From Malacoraja senta (lineage: Eukaryota), in contig CM075992.1 in assembly GCA_038087875.1 (NCBI GenBank), positions 8,310,001 to 8,374,000 on the forward strand: DNA of 64,000 bases. The letters are read 5' to 3'. Shown here in pieces: positions 11,744 to 24,430 of the stretch; position 1 is the first letter of the stretch, and each line of letters opens with the position of its first letter. The notes beneath the pieces were generated by a model. That model searched no databases and was not told the origin of the DNA. It was given only the letters and a program-made list of their open reading frames with translations. Both the position numbers and the translations under genes were made by a program.

Positions 11744-13018
11744 ATAACCATATAACCATATAACCATAACAGCACAGAAACAGGCCATCTCGGCCCTTCA
11801 AGTCCGTGCCGAACACGTTTTTAAATTTATTTATTTATTTATTATATATATATTTTTTATTTTTTTATTTGTTATTATTACTTCCCCCTAGTCCCATCTA
11901 CCTGCACTCAGACCATAACCCTCCATTCCTTTCCCGTCCATATACCCATCCAATCTATTTTTAAAGGATAACATCGAACCTGCCTCCACCACTTCCACTG
12001 GAAGCTCATTCCACACAGCTACCACTCTCTGAGTAAAGAAGTTCCCCCTAATGTTACCCCTAAACTTCTGTCCCTTAATTCTCAAGTCATGTCCCCTTGT
12101 TTGAATCTTCCTTACTCTCAATGGGAAAAGCTTATCCACGTCCACTCTGTCTAACCCGCTCATAATTTTAAAGACCTCTATCAAGTCCCCTCTTAACCTT
12201 CTGCGCTCCAAAGAATAAAGACCTAACTTGTTCAACTTTTCTCTGTAACTTAGTTGCTGAAACCCAGGCAACATTCTAGTAAATCTCCTCTGTACTCTCT
12301 CTATTTTGTTGACATCCTTCCTATAATTAGGCGACCAAAATTGTACTCCATACTCCAGAATTGGCCTCACCAATGCCTTGTACAATTTTAACATTACATC
12401 CCAACTTCTATATTCAATGCTCTGATTTATAAAGGCCAGCACACCAAAAGCTTTCTTTACCATCCTATCTACATGAGATTCCACCTTCAGGGAACTATGC
12501 ATAGTTATTCCTAGATCCCTCTGTTCAACTGCATTCCTCAATTCGCTATCATTTACCATGTACATCCTATTTTGATTTGTCCTGCCGAGATGTAGCACCT
12601 CACATTTGTCAGCATTAAACTCCATCTGCCATCTTTCAGCCCACTCTTCCAAATGGCCTAAATCTCTCTGTAGACTTTGAAAATCTACTTCATTATCCAC
12701 AACACCACCTATCTTAGTATCATCTGCATACTTACTAATCCAATTTTCCACACCATCATCCAGATCATTGATGTACATGACAAACAACAGTGGACCCAAA
12801 ACAGACCCCTGAGGCACCCCACTAGTCACCGGCCTCCAACCTGACAAACAGCCATCCACCATTACTCTCTGGCATCTCCCATTCAGCCACTGTTGAATCC
12901 ACCTTGCTACTCCACCATTAATACCCAACAATTGAATCTTCTTAACCAACCTTCCATGAGGAACCTTGTCAAACGCCTTACTGAAGTCCATATAGACAAC
13001 ATCCACTGCTTTACCCTC
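11744..13018 (-). mobile_element. 5'-truncated CR1 copy nearly identical to 4095-5382
   Basis: ORF 11888-13006 (RT C-terminal half) and the same 3' tail. Inserted into a Penelope-derived repeat with a TCCTT duplication (11739-11743 and 13017-13021). Confidence 0.95.
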
Positions 13019-14486
13019 CTTCTCTCCAGAGATGCTGCCTGTCCCGCCGAGTTACTCCAGCATTTTGTATCTATCTTCGAATTAAACCAGCATCTGCAGT
13101 TCTTTCCTACACAAGAACACAAGATCCCTGGGCTGTCCACTTGCAAAGGATCAGGATCAGATGAGCTTCAAGGAAATACTGCTGACTCCTCCTGGACATC
13201 GGCCAGCTGTCAAGTTATTTACCTGCGATTTCAACCCTTCTCTTCTCTTACCTGTCAACTTTCCCCAAGTGTGGAAGACCCAGCTAGCACTGGTTAAAAA
13301 TAGCAACACATAGCCGCTCAAAAATATTTAAATAATCAGATTAGTTGGACCAGAATAGCCTCGCCTCGCACTGCCCCTGAAAGTGGATGAGACTCTGTTT
13401 ACATTTTTTTCTTTTTTTAACTCCCACGCAAGCTTGACCCAAACACTTTTGCAGGTTAATATTTCTTCAAAACTCTCATTAAAACACAGATTGTTGACAC
13501 AGATAAACTATTCAAAAGTATGTGGTTCTGTCATTGCTGTTGAAAATAAAACTACGATAAGGTCAATTTGATGGCCTTGGAAATATATTTCCCAATTCTC
13601 AGCATCATACAGCACATTAAACTGCCCATTGTGATTCCTTGAAAGAGCTACCCAATTAGTCTCAGCCTCCTACAATATCCCATGGCCTTTGCAATGTTTC
13701 TTTTTTGAAAGATATATCTAATTTCTGAAAGTTACTGTTGAATCTGTTTAGACTGTTGTTACAGGGAGTGCATACCAGATTATAACAACTCACTTTTGTT
13801 TTCAATTTCTCTCTGGATCTTTTGCCAATTATATTAAATCTGTGTGTCCTCTGGTTATCAACTCTTCTGCTAATTGGTGTTCTTTTCAATGAATTACTGC
13901 CAGTGTTAAAACAACACTGCTCAAAAAGTCTTCAAAGCTCATTTGTTAAGGACATGATGACATTTGGAAAGTAAAAATTGGCCTGTTTTCTGAATTTCTG
14001 AAGTTGAATAATTTATTCTTAAGTTGCAGGAGACAGTCACAGGCTTTCAATGACGACCTGAGCATCTTTGTCAAAGGAAATCCATTTTCCCTGATATTAT
14101 CTTGTCTTGTTAGATGCAAGATCTGGTGACTAATGGTGACTAATGGTTGACTTGTTAACAATACTCTATCTGACTGAACTAATGATAGTAACTACATGAG
14201 TGCTATTGTGCCCATGGAAACTGCACACTTCTATGAGTGTTTGTGCATTAGGGAGCTCTTATTCATAATTCATGCAGGAGTGCCCAATACTTTCTTTCAG
14301 GTCATTTGTGGCATATTACCACAATCAGAGATTTGAGTATCAACATCTTCCATAAAACTCCAAGTTTCACACCTTGACAGGAACTATCGTTCATCCCATG
14401 GGGTAGATTTTGACTGTGTAATAGCGTCAAAAGTAATTAGTGGAGAAGCCTGTCTTATTTAAAAACAACGAATATTGGAAATAACT

Positions 14487-14795
14487 GGTGGTGCAGTGGC
14501 ACAGCTGGTAGAACTGCTGCCTCACAGGCCAGAGACCCCGGGTTTGATGCAGACCTCAGGTGCTGACTGTTTGGAGTTTACACAATCTCTCTTTGACAGC
14601 TTGGGTTTCCTCCAGGTGCACTGGTTTCCTCCCACATCCAAAAGACGTGTCGGTTTGCAGGTTAAATGGCTTCTGCAAAGTGTGTAGGGAGTGGATACGA
14701 TGGTGGAATAACATAGAACTAGTATGATTGCTCAGTGTGCACTCAGTAAGCTGAAGGGTCACTTTCCATGCAATATCTTTCCATTCAATTCATTT
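14487..14795 (+). mobile_element. HE1-like tRNA-derived V-SINE (diverged)
   Basis: A-box/B-box tRNA-like head and the conserved central GGTTTCCTCCCACA core. Confidence 0.75.
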
Positions 14796-15294
14796 CAATT
14801 CATCTGGAATAATGGAAGGCTGATTCACCCCCACCCAATTTACACAGCAGTAGCAACGTCACAATCCGCCCCAGACATTCCTGGTGAATTTCCTTGTGAA
14901 TCACCTCTTTTTAGTAATCAATACAGAATAGTCAACTGAATGACAAAAATAGTAGAGCTTCAACTGAATAATGTAAGTATAGAATCGCAGCACTAATCGA
15001 GCGTGTGGGTAGCATCATTCTGAGGGCAAGTGCAACTTTATTGTAGAAGTACAGCCTTGTGTAGAATCTTCATGGGAGAGGAGTCAAGAGTCTTACAGAA
15101 AGGCTCAATTGTATGGAAGCATCAGTGTGTTTCCTTGATGACATAACAGAGAAGTTAGATGAGAGGTCTACAGCCAAGGCAGCAAATGCTGAGATTTTGT
15201 CCATGGGCTCATCATGGCAGGGGGGAGGGTGGAAGTGTTGCTAGAGTGATAGGAAGAGAGGAGGAAGAGCAGCATTCCAGCTTGAAAGCGGGCT

Positions 15295-15603
15295 TAGTTT
15301 AGTTTAGCTTACTTTAGTTTATAGATACAGCATGGAAACAGGACCTTCAGCCCACCAAGTCCGCACCAAACAGCGATCCCTGCACTTTAACACAACACAC
15401 TAGGAACAATTTACAATTATACCAAGCCAATTAACCTACAAACCTGTACGTCTTTGGAGTGTGGGAGTACACCGGAGCTCCCAGAGAAAACCCACACAGG
15501 TCATGGGGAGAATGTACAAACTCCGTGCAGACAGCACCCATAGTCAGGATCGAACCCAGGTCTCTGGCGCTGCAAGGCAGCAACTCTACCACTGCACCAC
15601 CAT
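15295..15603 (-). mobile_element. HE1-like V-SINE
   Basis: Reverse complement of the SINE consensus seen at 43315-43622, with a (TAAAC)n tail. Confidence 0.8.
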
Positions 15604-16339
15604 GCTACTTGTTGAAATGGAGTAAGAATCAGACATGCCTGTTATAAGATAACCTACTGATTTTCACGCCTTGAATTTGTGCTTGTTGTTCCATCCAGGA
15701 AACACAATTCAACACTCGTCATCAGGGTCTGACAAACTCTTGCACAATTGCTGGCTTCAATCAAACCACATTGGCAGGTCTCCGGCCTGGAACAGGAACC
15801 CCATTTTATCATCAGAGGAAATTTGCATGCATAATACACAAGACACTACCTCCACCATAACGGCAAGGACTCGTGCACCATCTTTAACAGGGCCTTCAGC
15901 AAAGAAGAAACATCTTTAAAATTCAGCAGCTTGGCAGAACAAGCTTTATTAGCGCAGCCAACATTGTGAAATCCAAGAAATATATTCTAAATAATGTGAT
16001 AGTTTGAAAAAGTGCCGGAGAAAAGATCTTTCCCCCGGTAAGTTACATTTAAATTTTAATTAGCAAAAAGAACTAGAAAAAATATTTGAAGAAGGGCTGC
16101 ACAGTGGCGCAGATGTGGAGTTGGTGCCTCACAGCGCCACAGATCCGAGTTCAATCCGCACTATAGGTGCTGTCAGTACGGAGTTTGTACATTCTCCCTG
16201 TGACGGTGTAGGTTTGCTCTGGGTGCTCTGGTTCCCTCCCACATTCCAAAGATGTGCAGGTTTCCAGGTTAATTGGCTTCTGTAAATTGCCCCTAGCGTG
16301 TAGGGATGGAAACTGGAATAGCATAGGACTAGTGTACGC

Positions 16340-17465
16340 CAAAAGGATTCATAGCAAAAGGATTTGAGTATAGGAGCAGGGAGGTTCTACTGCAGTTGTA
16401 CAGGGTCTTGGTGAGACCACGCCTGGAGTATTGCGTACAGTTTTGGTCTCCTCAAAAAAAAATTAAAAAAATTGAGGGTTATCAAAATTCGGAGCGTAAA
16501 TATTTACCATAGTTATTGGGGTAGCATAAATTTCTCCCGAAACTATGATATACCTTCCTCTTTATCTGATATAGTATTCTTTAATTTGAACGGTATACCT
16601 TTTCGAATAAGAATAGCCGTACCTCTAGATTTAGAAGTAAATGACGAATAATATGTTTGGCCTATCCACTTCGCCTTTAATCTCATTTATGTTTCCTGTA
16701 TCATGTGAGTTTCTTGCAAGTAAATTATGTCGCTTTTCAAAGATTTTAGGTGAGCAAAAATTTTACCCCTCTTTATTGGTTCATTGGCACCCCTTATATT
16801 CCAACTACAGAATGTGATTCCTCCATTCTTTATTTGCCTATCGTCTTGCATTGTATATCAAAGTGATGTTCTTGAAACATATGGTGCAAACAAATACCTC
16901 CGTGTTCTGGACGTTGGGTGCAGTTTTGGTCTCCTAATCTGAGGAAGGACATTCTTGCCATAGAGGGAGTACAGAGAAGGTTCACCAGACTGATTCCTGG
17001 GATGTCAGGACTTTAATATGAAGAAAGACTGGATAGACTCGGCTTGTACTCGCTAGAATTTAGAAGATTGAGGGGGATCTTATAGAAACTTACAAAATTC
17101 TTAAGGGGTTGGACAGGCTAGATGCAGGAAGATTGTTCCCGATGTTGGGGAAGTCCAGAACAAGGGGTCACAGTTTAAGGATAAAGGGGAAATCTTTTAG
17201 GACCGAGATGAGAAAAACATTTTTTACACAGAGACTGGTGAATCTCCGGAATTCTCTGCCACAGAATGTAGTTGAGGCCAGTTCATTGTCTATATTTAAG
17301 AGGGAGTTAGATGTGGCCCTTGTGGCTAAAGGGATCAGGGGGTATGGAGAGAAAGCAGGTACAGGATACTGAGTTGGATGATCAGCCATGATCATATTGA
17401 ATGGCGGTGCAGGCTCGAAGGGCCGAATGGCCTACTCCTGCACCTATTTTCTATGTTTCTATGTT
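16340..17465 (+). mobile_element. CR1 3' fragment (second subfamily), interrupted by an L1 fragment
   Basis: Matches 47550-48180; encodes [18 protein letters not shown]...GHSLRIKG. Confidence 0.9.
16453..16920 (-). mobile_element. L1-clade ORF2 N-terminal (APE endonuclease) fragment
   Basis: The minus strand translates to SWNIRG...IYLQETH...SRGTAILIRK...DKEGRY...NIYAPN. Flanked by CAGTTTTGGTCTCCT at 16438-16452 and 16921-16935. Confidence 0.8.
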
Positions 17466-18002
17466 TTTAAGTACGGATGATCGTTGGTCGGCACAGACTC
17501 GGTGGGCCAAAGGGCCTGTTGCCACGCTGTATAACGAAACTAAAGATACTTCTTTGCACTGGGATACCTTAAATGTCAGAGTGGCTAAAATAGACTACAC
17601 AGGAACTTCAAAAGTGCAATTGGGCATGTACTTAAATAAACGTGGAGAAGAGAGAAGAGATATGCAACTAAACCGGACATCTCTTTTAAAAATCTAACAT
17701 GTACAAGACGTATTGACTGGCCTCATTTGGTGTTGTAAGGTTCTCTGATGTTATGTTTGAACATTCGCAAATGGTTCTGCAACACGTTGACCCTGCAGTT
17801 CACCACTCCTCTCACAAGTAATTCCAATCATCCTACTAAGGTTGCCAGAGACCTACTGCATAATTTGTGTGTCATCCCTGGAGACCAGCAGGGAGTGAGT
17901 AACTTCTCTTTGCAATCACTTTGCTTCTACTTGCACAAAATATATCACCATTTTTTCCTCAAGCTGCAACAAATTCTGGCAGCTTGTCGCCATACCCCAG
18001 AC

Positions 18003-18198
18003 CAGTGGTTCTTAACCTGGGGGTCGGGAGCCCCCATGAGGGGGGTCGTTTTGGGGCTTCGGCGGGGGACATGAAGGGGTCATAAATAACATATCCATTT
18101 GTTGAACCCATTTTTAGGAACCTAACAAAGGTACATACCGCAGAGAGTATTCTGTTCGCGTATGCGCGTACGTATGCCAAAAAGGTTAAGAACCACTG
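18003..18198. mobile_element. hAT (Charlie-like) MITE
   Basis: TIRs CAGTGGTTCTTAACCT / AGGTTAAGAACCACTG; 8-bp TSD CCCCAGAC / CCCCAGAG. Confidence 0.9.
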
Positions 18199-18982
18199 CC
18201 CCAGAGGGTATAGTTTCCACTGAGGTGCATGGCAGAAGATACTACAAAAGGAACAACTATGTGGCTTTTACTAACAGCACTAAATGTCAACGCTTAATTT
18301 CAAACAAAAAAAAAAATCAATATAGCGCCTCAAGAAATGCAGATAAATTTTCACTAGCCTTGGTAAGATTTTTCTTTAATGTGGGCCATTATTCTAAAAT
18401 CAAAAATTATAAAATGCCATCGACTAAACAGAGAGTAATAGCACATTTCTCATTCCACTAATCTTCCACTTTATATTCTTGAAATATACTGCCCCAATCC
18501 CACACCCTGCACAAGTTATTTACTGTTATTAGTGGAACAATATATAATATTTTCATAAATCTATTTGAAATGTTATAAATAGTATACACATCAAATCTTG
18601 CCCATAATTTCAGCTTACAATATAAACTACCGATATGAAAGTGTAGAATATGCAAAATTAAAGTGAATAGTTTACAGCGACTGGATTAATTTGTCACAGA
18701 GAAATTTTTCATATGGTCTTGCCTTCACAAATATATGACCAACTTCATAAGACAGCGTCGTTTTTAATGCAAATACACATCTAATTTTACTTCCTTAAGC
18801 ATCGATCAATTACGGCATTATTCCATAACACTAAGTTGTAAATCACTGTAGACTAATTACTCCTTCTGCATTTGATTTCACTGTCAACCAGAACTCATTG
18901 TTCTGTAACAATGCACAAGATTTTTAATATGGACAAAGTCTGGCCTTTTACCACAAGGCATCAAACCAAATACATTTCTTAC

Positions 18983-19095
18983 CTGCCAAAATATCGAGTC
19001 TATTGTGCTGCCGTGAAAACCTTCTCGCACTTCAGATGACAAAAGCTTGGGGCCGAGTATTGTCATAAATTCGTCAAAATCCACTTGTCCATCAC
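18983..19095 (-). CDS. CALN1: Internal coding exon of calneuron-1 (CaBP8), second half of EF-hand 2 plus linker
   Basis: 113-bp exon, TAG|GT GAT...TGG CAG|GTAAGA (phase 1 in, phase 0 out), encoding (G)DGQVDFDEFMTILGPKLLSSEVREGFHGSTIDSIFWQ. From memory this is close to vertebrate CALN1 (DGQVDFDEFMTILGPKLVSSEGRDGFLGNTIDSIFWQ) and more distant from CABP7. Confidence 0.9.
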
Positions 19096-19678
19096 CTACG
19101 ACACACAAAGAAATAGACAATTATTTTTGCCGAGGCTCCTATTTCAACACCTCTCACTTTACCCAGTAAGTTGCATTAAGTCATTTATTAGTGTTTTCTC
19201 GAGACAATAGACAATAGGTGCAGGAGTAGGCCATTCGGCCCTTCGAGCCAGCACCGCCATTCAATGTGATCATGGCTGATCATCCACAATTAGTACCCCG
19301 TTCCTGCCTTCTCCCCATATCGCTTGACTCCGCTATCTTTAAGAGCTCTATCTAACTCTCTCTTGAAAGCATCCAGAGAATCGGCCTCCACCGTCTTCTG
19401 AGGAGTACAGTTCCACAGTAATTCTCTTGAGTAAATGGGGGAATTCTGGGAGCTAGCAGAGACTCGATGGGCTGAATAGAAATGTGTAAAGAAGAGTCAG
19501 GTTAAGACAAGTTTATGTGACAGGTACAGATACAATGAGATCTTGTTGCAGCAGCATCACAAGCACATAGACTCAGGCAGCACACAAAAACATGAATCAC
19601 ACAAATTATACAAAACAGTGAAGAAAAAGACAAAAACATAAAACAAGACTTTAGGGCAAAATACAATTAGAAAACACA

Positions 19679-19996
19679 GTGGCACTGTGGAGGTAAAGCT
19701 ACCGCCTTACAGCGTCAGAGACCCGGGTTCGATCCTGACTAGGGTTGCTTGTCTATACGGAGTTTGTGTGTTCTCCCCGTGACCTGCATGGGTTTTCTCT
19801 GAGCTCTTTGGTTTCCTCCCACACTCCTAAGACTTACAGTGTTGTAAGTTAATTGGTTTGGTATAAATGTAAAATTGTCCCTAGTGTTTGTTGGGTAGTG
19901 TTCATGTGCGGGGATTGCTTGTTGGTGCGGAATAGGTGGACCGAAGGGTCTGTTTCCGTGCTCTATCTCTAAACTAAACTAAACTAAACTAAACTA
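19679..19996 (+). mobile_element. HE1-like V-SINE
   Basis: B-box GGTTCGATCC, V-domain core and (TAAAC)n tail. Confidence 0.85.
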
Positions 19997-21373
19997 TATC
20001 AAGTCCATGGTAGTGCAAGTGGTGGTCGGTAGGGCTCCATTGCTGATGGTGGATTGGGAAGCAGAAAACAGACCCTGAGCCATGGAGCTGGAAATTGCAC
20101 GGTTCCACAGTAATTCTCTTGAGAAAACACAGGCTGAGTCATCAACTCTCCCAGCACCCCTTCTTCAAACAGTAAGATCAGATCAGGCATTGAGGTACAA
20201 AGGACAGTTCCCCATCTAGTGTGCCACACCTTTAAAATGGATGGACATGCACTTCAACCCCATAAAGCGCACGTGAGGACTTAGATTAGATTAGATTAGA
20301 TACTTTTATTGTCACATGTGACAAGTGAGAGTGAGATGCGTTGTTTTGCTTGCCTAGGCAAACAAAGTCACAACTTAAAGGACGCAGATAAAGTACCCCG
20401 TTTTTTTGCCCCAATTGTCCCCTCCCCTTTGTTCTTGAAGCCTCCCACCACCCCCCCCCTCCCTCACACTAGGTCCCCCCCACCTTTGTTCTCGATGGCC
20501 CTCTGTATCCCCCTTTGTCCTCAGTGGCTCCCCTATGCGACCTCGAGACTCCTGCCTTGGGACTCCGGCCTCTGACCTTGGTACTCTGACCTCAGAACTC
20601 CGACCTCCGGCTTCATAGTTTAGCTGACTGCTAAGCCATTGAGACACCAGCTTCAGACTCAAGTTAGGTATCTACCGTCTCTGTCACCCTCACAATTCAT
20701 AGCATGCAGTACTGGAAACTCTGGGTCCAATCTGGACACCAAATTTAACCCAGAGTTCCAAATGAGCTCCGCGCAGACTGAAAAACCCAGGTGTTATTTT
20801 CCATGGCGCTAATATTCAATGCCAAATATCATTGAAATGCAGGGACACAGAGTGCTGGGGTAACTCAGCAGGTTCAGCAGCATCTCCGATGGAAATGGAG
20901 AGGTCCTGTCCATGTTCTCCAGAGGTGTTGCCTCACCCTCTGAGTTAGTCCAGCACTTTGTGTCTTTTTATTGGCATGCGCCTGTGTTGTTCATTCATTC
21001 TGTTTCTTATATCCCTCCACTGGTTAATGTTTTTTTAATGCAATTCTCACATTCAAATGACACTGCCTCACACGTTCCGCTCATTTTCATCTGCTGATTT
21101 GTCACGATCTCCCTCATCAGCTCCTGAAACTCCTCACTTCACAATCCAGTGTCAGATAATCCATTAACTATGCATCCCAGAGACGTGCATGCATAGCACC
21201 ATTTCTATCCGTGCTATGCTTATGACAATGGGTTGTCCCAGAGTGGAATGCAATTGTGTTAATAGAATGACAGTCAGTCTGGTTAGAATATAGCTTAACT
21301 ACAGTCGAAGTTGAATAACTGAGAAATGTAAAACCGAGACCTCTGGATTACTCTACAGATATTATTGAGGGTT

Positions 21374-21850
21374 TTATTGCTATTGAGGGAGTGCAGCATA
21401 GGTTCACCAGGTTAATTCCCGGGATGGCGGGAGTGACATATGACGAAAGAATGGATCGACTGGGCTTATATTCACTGGAATTTAGACGGATGAGAGGTGA
21501 TCTTACAGAAACATATAAAATTCTTAAGGGATTGGACAGGCTAGATGCAGGAAACATGATGTTGGGGGAGTCCAGAACCAGGGGCCACAGTTTGGGTCAC
21601 AGGTTAGGACTGAGACGAGGACAAACTTTTTCACCCTGAGAGTTGTGAATCTGTGGAATTCTCTGCCACAGAAGACAGTGGAGGCCAATTCACTGGATGT
21701 ATTCAAGAGAGAGTTAGATATACTGTAGCTCTGAGGGCAGATGGAATCAAGGGATATGGGGAGAAAGCAGGAACAGAGTACTGATTCTGGATGATCAGGC
21801 ATGATCATATTGAATGACCTACTCCTGCACCTATTTTTCTATGTTTCTAA
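21374..21850 (+). mobile_element. CR1 3' fragment
   Basis: RFTRLIPGM...LGLYSLEFRRMRGDL followed by the 3' UTR. Confidence 0.85.
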
Positions 21851-24154
21851 CATATACAAATTGGAGATTAATTTTCTGTTACATACCTGCACATTGGCAC
21901 TTACAGTGAACCAAAAAGACAGGCCAAAAAAAAAGTGAATCAGCTCCTACAAATATAAAACACTCTTAAGTGTAAACCAGCCAATGCAATTTTTGGCCGT
22001 GTGCTCACCATGCTAATATAGTAAGAGTGGCAGCCAATTTGCAGAAAGTAAGCTCTCACACACCCGTTGTGATGGTGATCACAATTGTTGATAGAAATAC
22101 AAGTATTGCTCAGGATAGACACAAAATTCTGGAGTAACTCAGCGGAACAAGGAGGAGAGAGGAATGAGTGACGTTTCGGGTCAAGACCCTGCTGCTAAAC
22201 CTATCTTCAGTGTAAACCAGTGTCTGCAGTTCCTTCTTACAACTAATGTTCAGGGTTCCAAGGATAACTCTACTCCTCAAAGGAAAAAATGTGTCAATTA
22301 ATCTTCTACGTCTAGGTGAGAGTGGTATTTAACAACACATTCAGAAGACAGGGCATCCAACAGCGTAGCAACTCCACAGTGACATAAAGTTGACACAAAA
22401 GTGGGAGCAGTATGGCATTCTGTACAAAAAAATATGTGCAGGTTGGTCTCCCACAAGTGGGACAGTCTAGGACCAGAGGTCATAGCCTCAGAATTAAAGG
22501 GCGCTCTTTCAGAAAGGAGGTGAGCAGGAACTTTTTAAATCAGAGGGCAGTTAATCTGTGAAACTCATTGCCACAGAGGGCTGTGGAGGCCAAGTAAGTG
22601 GATATTTTCAGGGCAAGATAGACAAATTCTTGATTAGAACGGGTGTCAAGGGTAATGGGGAGAAGGTAGAAAAATGGGATGAGGAGGCAGAGATCACCCA
22701 TGATTGAACAGAGGAGCAGACCCGATGGGCCGATTGACCTAATTCTACTCCAATAACTTTTGAACTTGTGAAAACCCTTTGAATGTTTTCTCAGGATTTG
22801 CTTCCTAAGGGAATGAAAAGGAGAATCATATTACTCATAATACGGGCAAATGCATCAGAAGATGGAGAAAGTTATTACCCATAAGGTTTCTATTCTAATT
22901 AGATATTCATGAAGAGATGCTGACTGCCAGTTATAGAGATTGATGGTAATCAAAGATATACACAGATGCTTGCTTGATAGACTATTAATGCAAATGTGCT
23001 TGATACTGAAACAAAAGAAAGAAATTCCTGGGAGATCATACCATTAAAAAAAAAAAAAAAACTGTATATGACACATTTTACAATTAATATCCTTGTAAAA
23101 TTGTAGTTATCGTTAAATTAAACATAGTCAATTATCTTTGCAGATTAATCAAAATATGACAGAAAATGAATAAGGACTTCTTTTCAATTAAAACAAATCT
23201 AGATTTACATGCAAATTTTGTTTGGCTCTTGCATATGAATGGTCAATATTGCACATTAATTTAGCTACAGATGCTATCAAGCATCTAAAATATTGAATTA
23301 ATTTTTTCAGTGCTGTGTAGGTTTGTGCCTCACTTTTAATGTACATGAATTAATGATCACAAAACTCAGCTCTGTTTAAATCCACCTATCTTTGCAGTAA
23401 ATCCCTAACTGCAACATCAGAGTGTAACAGTTGACAAATATGTAGCACATATTAACAAAGCAAAATGTTCCCAAGTTAATTTACAGGGGATAGACACAAA
23501 ATGGAGAAAAGCAATAGGTGATGTTTCGAGTCGAAAACCGTACTTCAGAGCCTGAAGAAGGGTCTCAACCTGAAACGTCAGCTGTTCCTTTTCTCCAGAG
23601 ATGTGGCTTGACCTGCTGGGTTTCTCCAGCATTTTGTGTCTATCTTTGGTGTAAACCAGCATCTGCTGTTCCTTCCTACACAAAGTAATTTAGAGGAGCA
23701 TCATCTAACAAAATTCCACACACAATCACATCAAGGGATTGATCTGTAGACAGAAACCAAAGGTTTGGTCCAAGAAATTAGATTTTAAGAGATGTGGCTA
23801 TGAGGTTGATCAAAAATATCTAATTTTATAGCAAATAAAACTTCACAGATTCCATTGCTCACCTGGATAGATTCGGTTCAGTGAAAAAATAGGCGGATTA
23901 TTAAAGGATTATTAATCTCCTCCTGGGATAAGAAGAAAGTCCTTTAAAATTGAAAAGAATAGGACTACATTCTCCAAAGTTTAAAAAGAATGAACAGAAA
24001 TATTGGCTTTAACAGTTTAATTGCTGGGAAGTTAGTTCACCAGTTGGGTTTTTTTTTGGGAGGGGAGGGTGGGGGTGGAGGTGAATGGATTGGGGTATTG
24101 TGTATTTGTGGGTGATATGATCTAAGAGCTATTTTCAAGTTGACGAGGACAGTT

Positions 24155-24430
24155 GGGCCTCACAGCGCCAGACACCTGGGTTTGATCCTCACAACGGGGG
24201 CTGTCAGTAACAGAGTTTGTACGTTCTCCCCGTGACTGCGTGGGTTTTCTCTGGGTGCTCCGGCTTCCTCCCACACTCCAAAGACATACAGGTTTGTAGG
24301 TTAATTGGATTCTGTACATTGTAAATTGTCCTTAGTGTGTGGAGGATAGTGCTCGTGTACCTGGGTGATCACTGGTCGGCGCGAACCCGTGGGCTGAAGA
24401 GCCCGTTTCCCTAAAGTCTAAAGTCTAAAG
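24155..24430 (+). mobile_element. HE1-like V-SINE
   Basis: Matches the SINE consensus. Confidence 0.8.
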
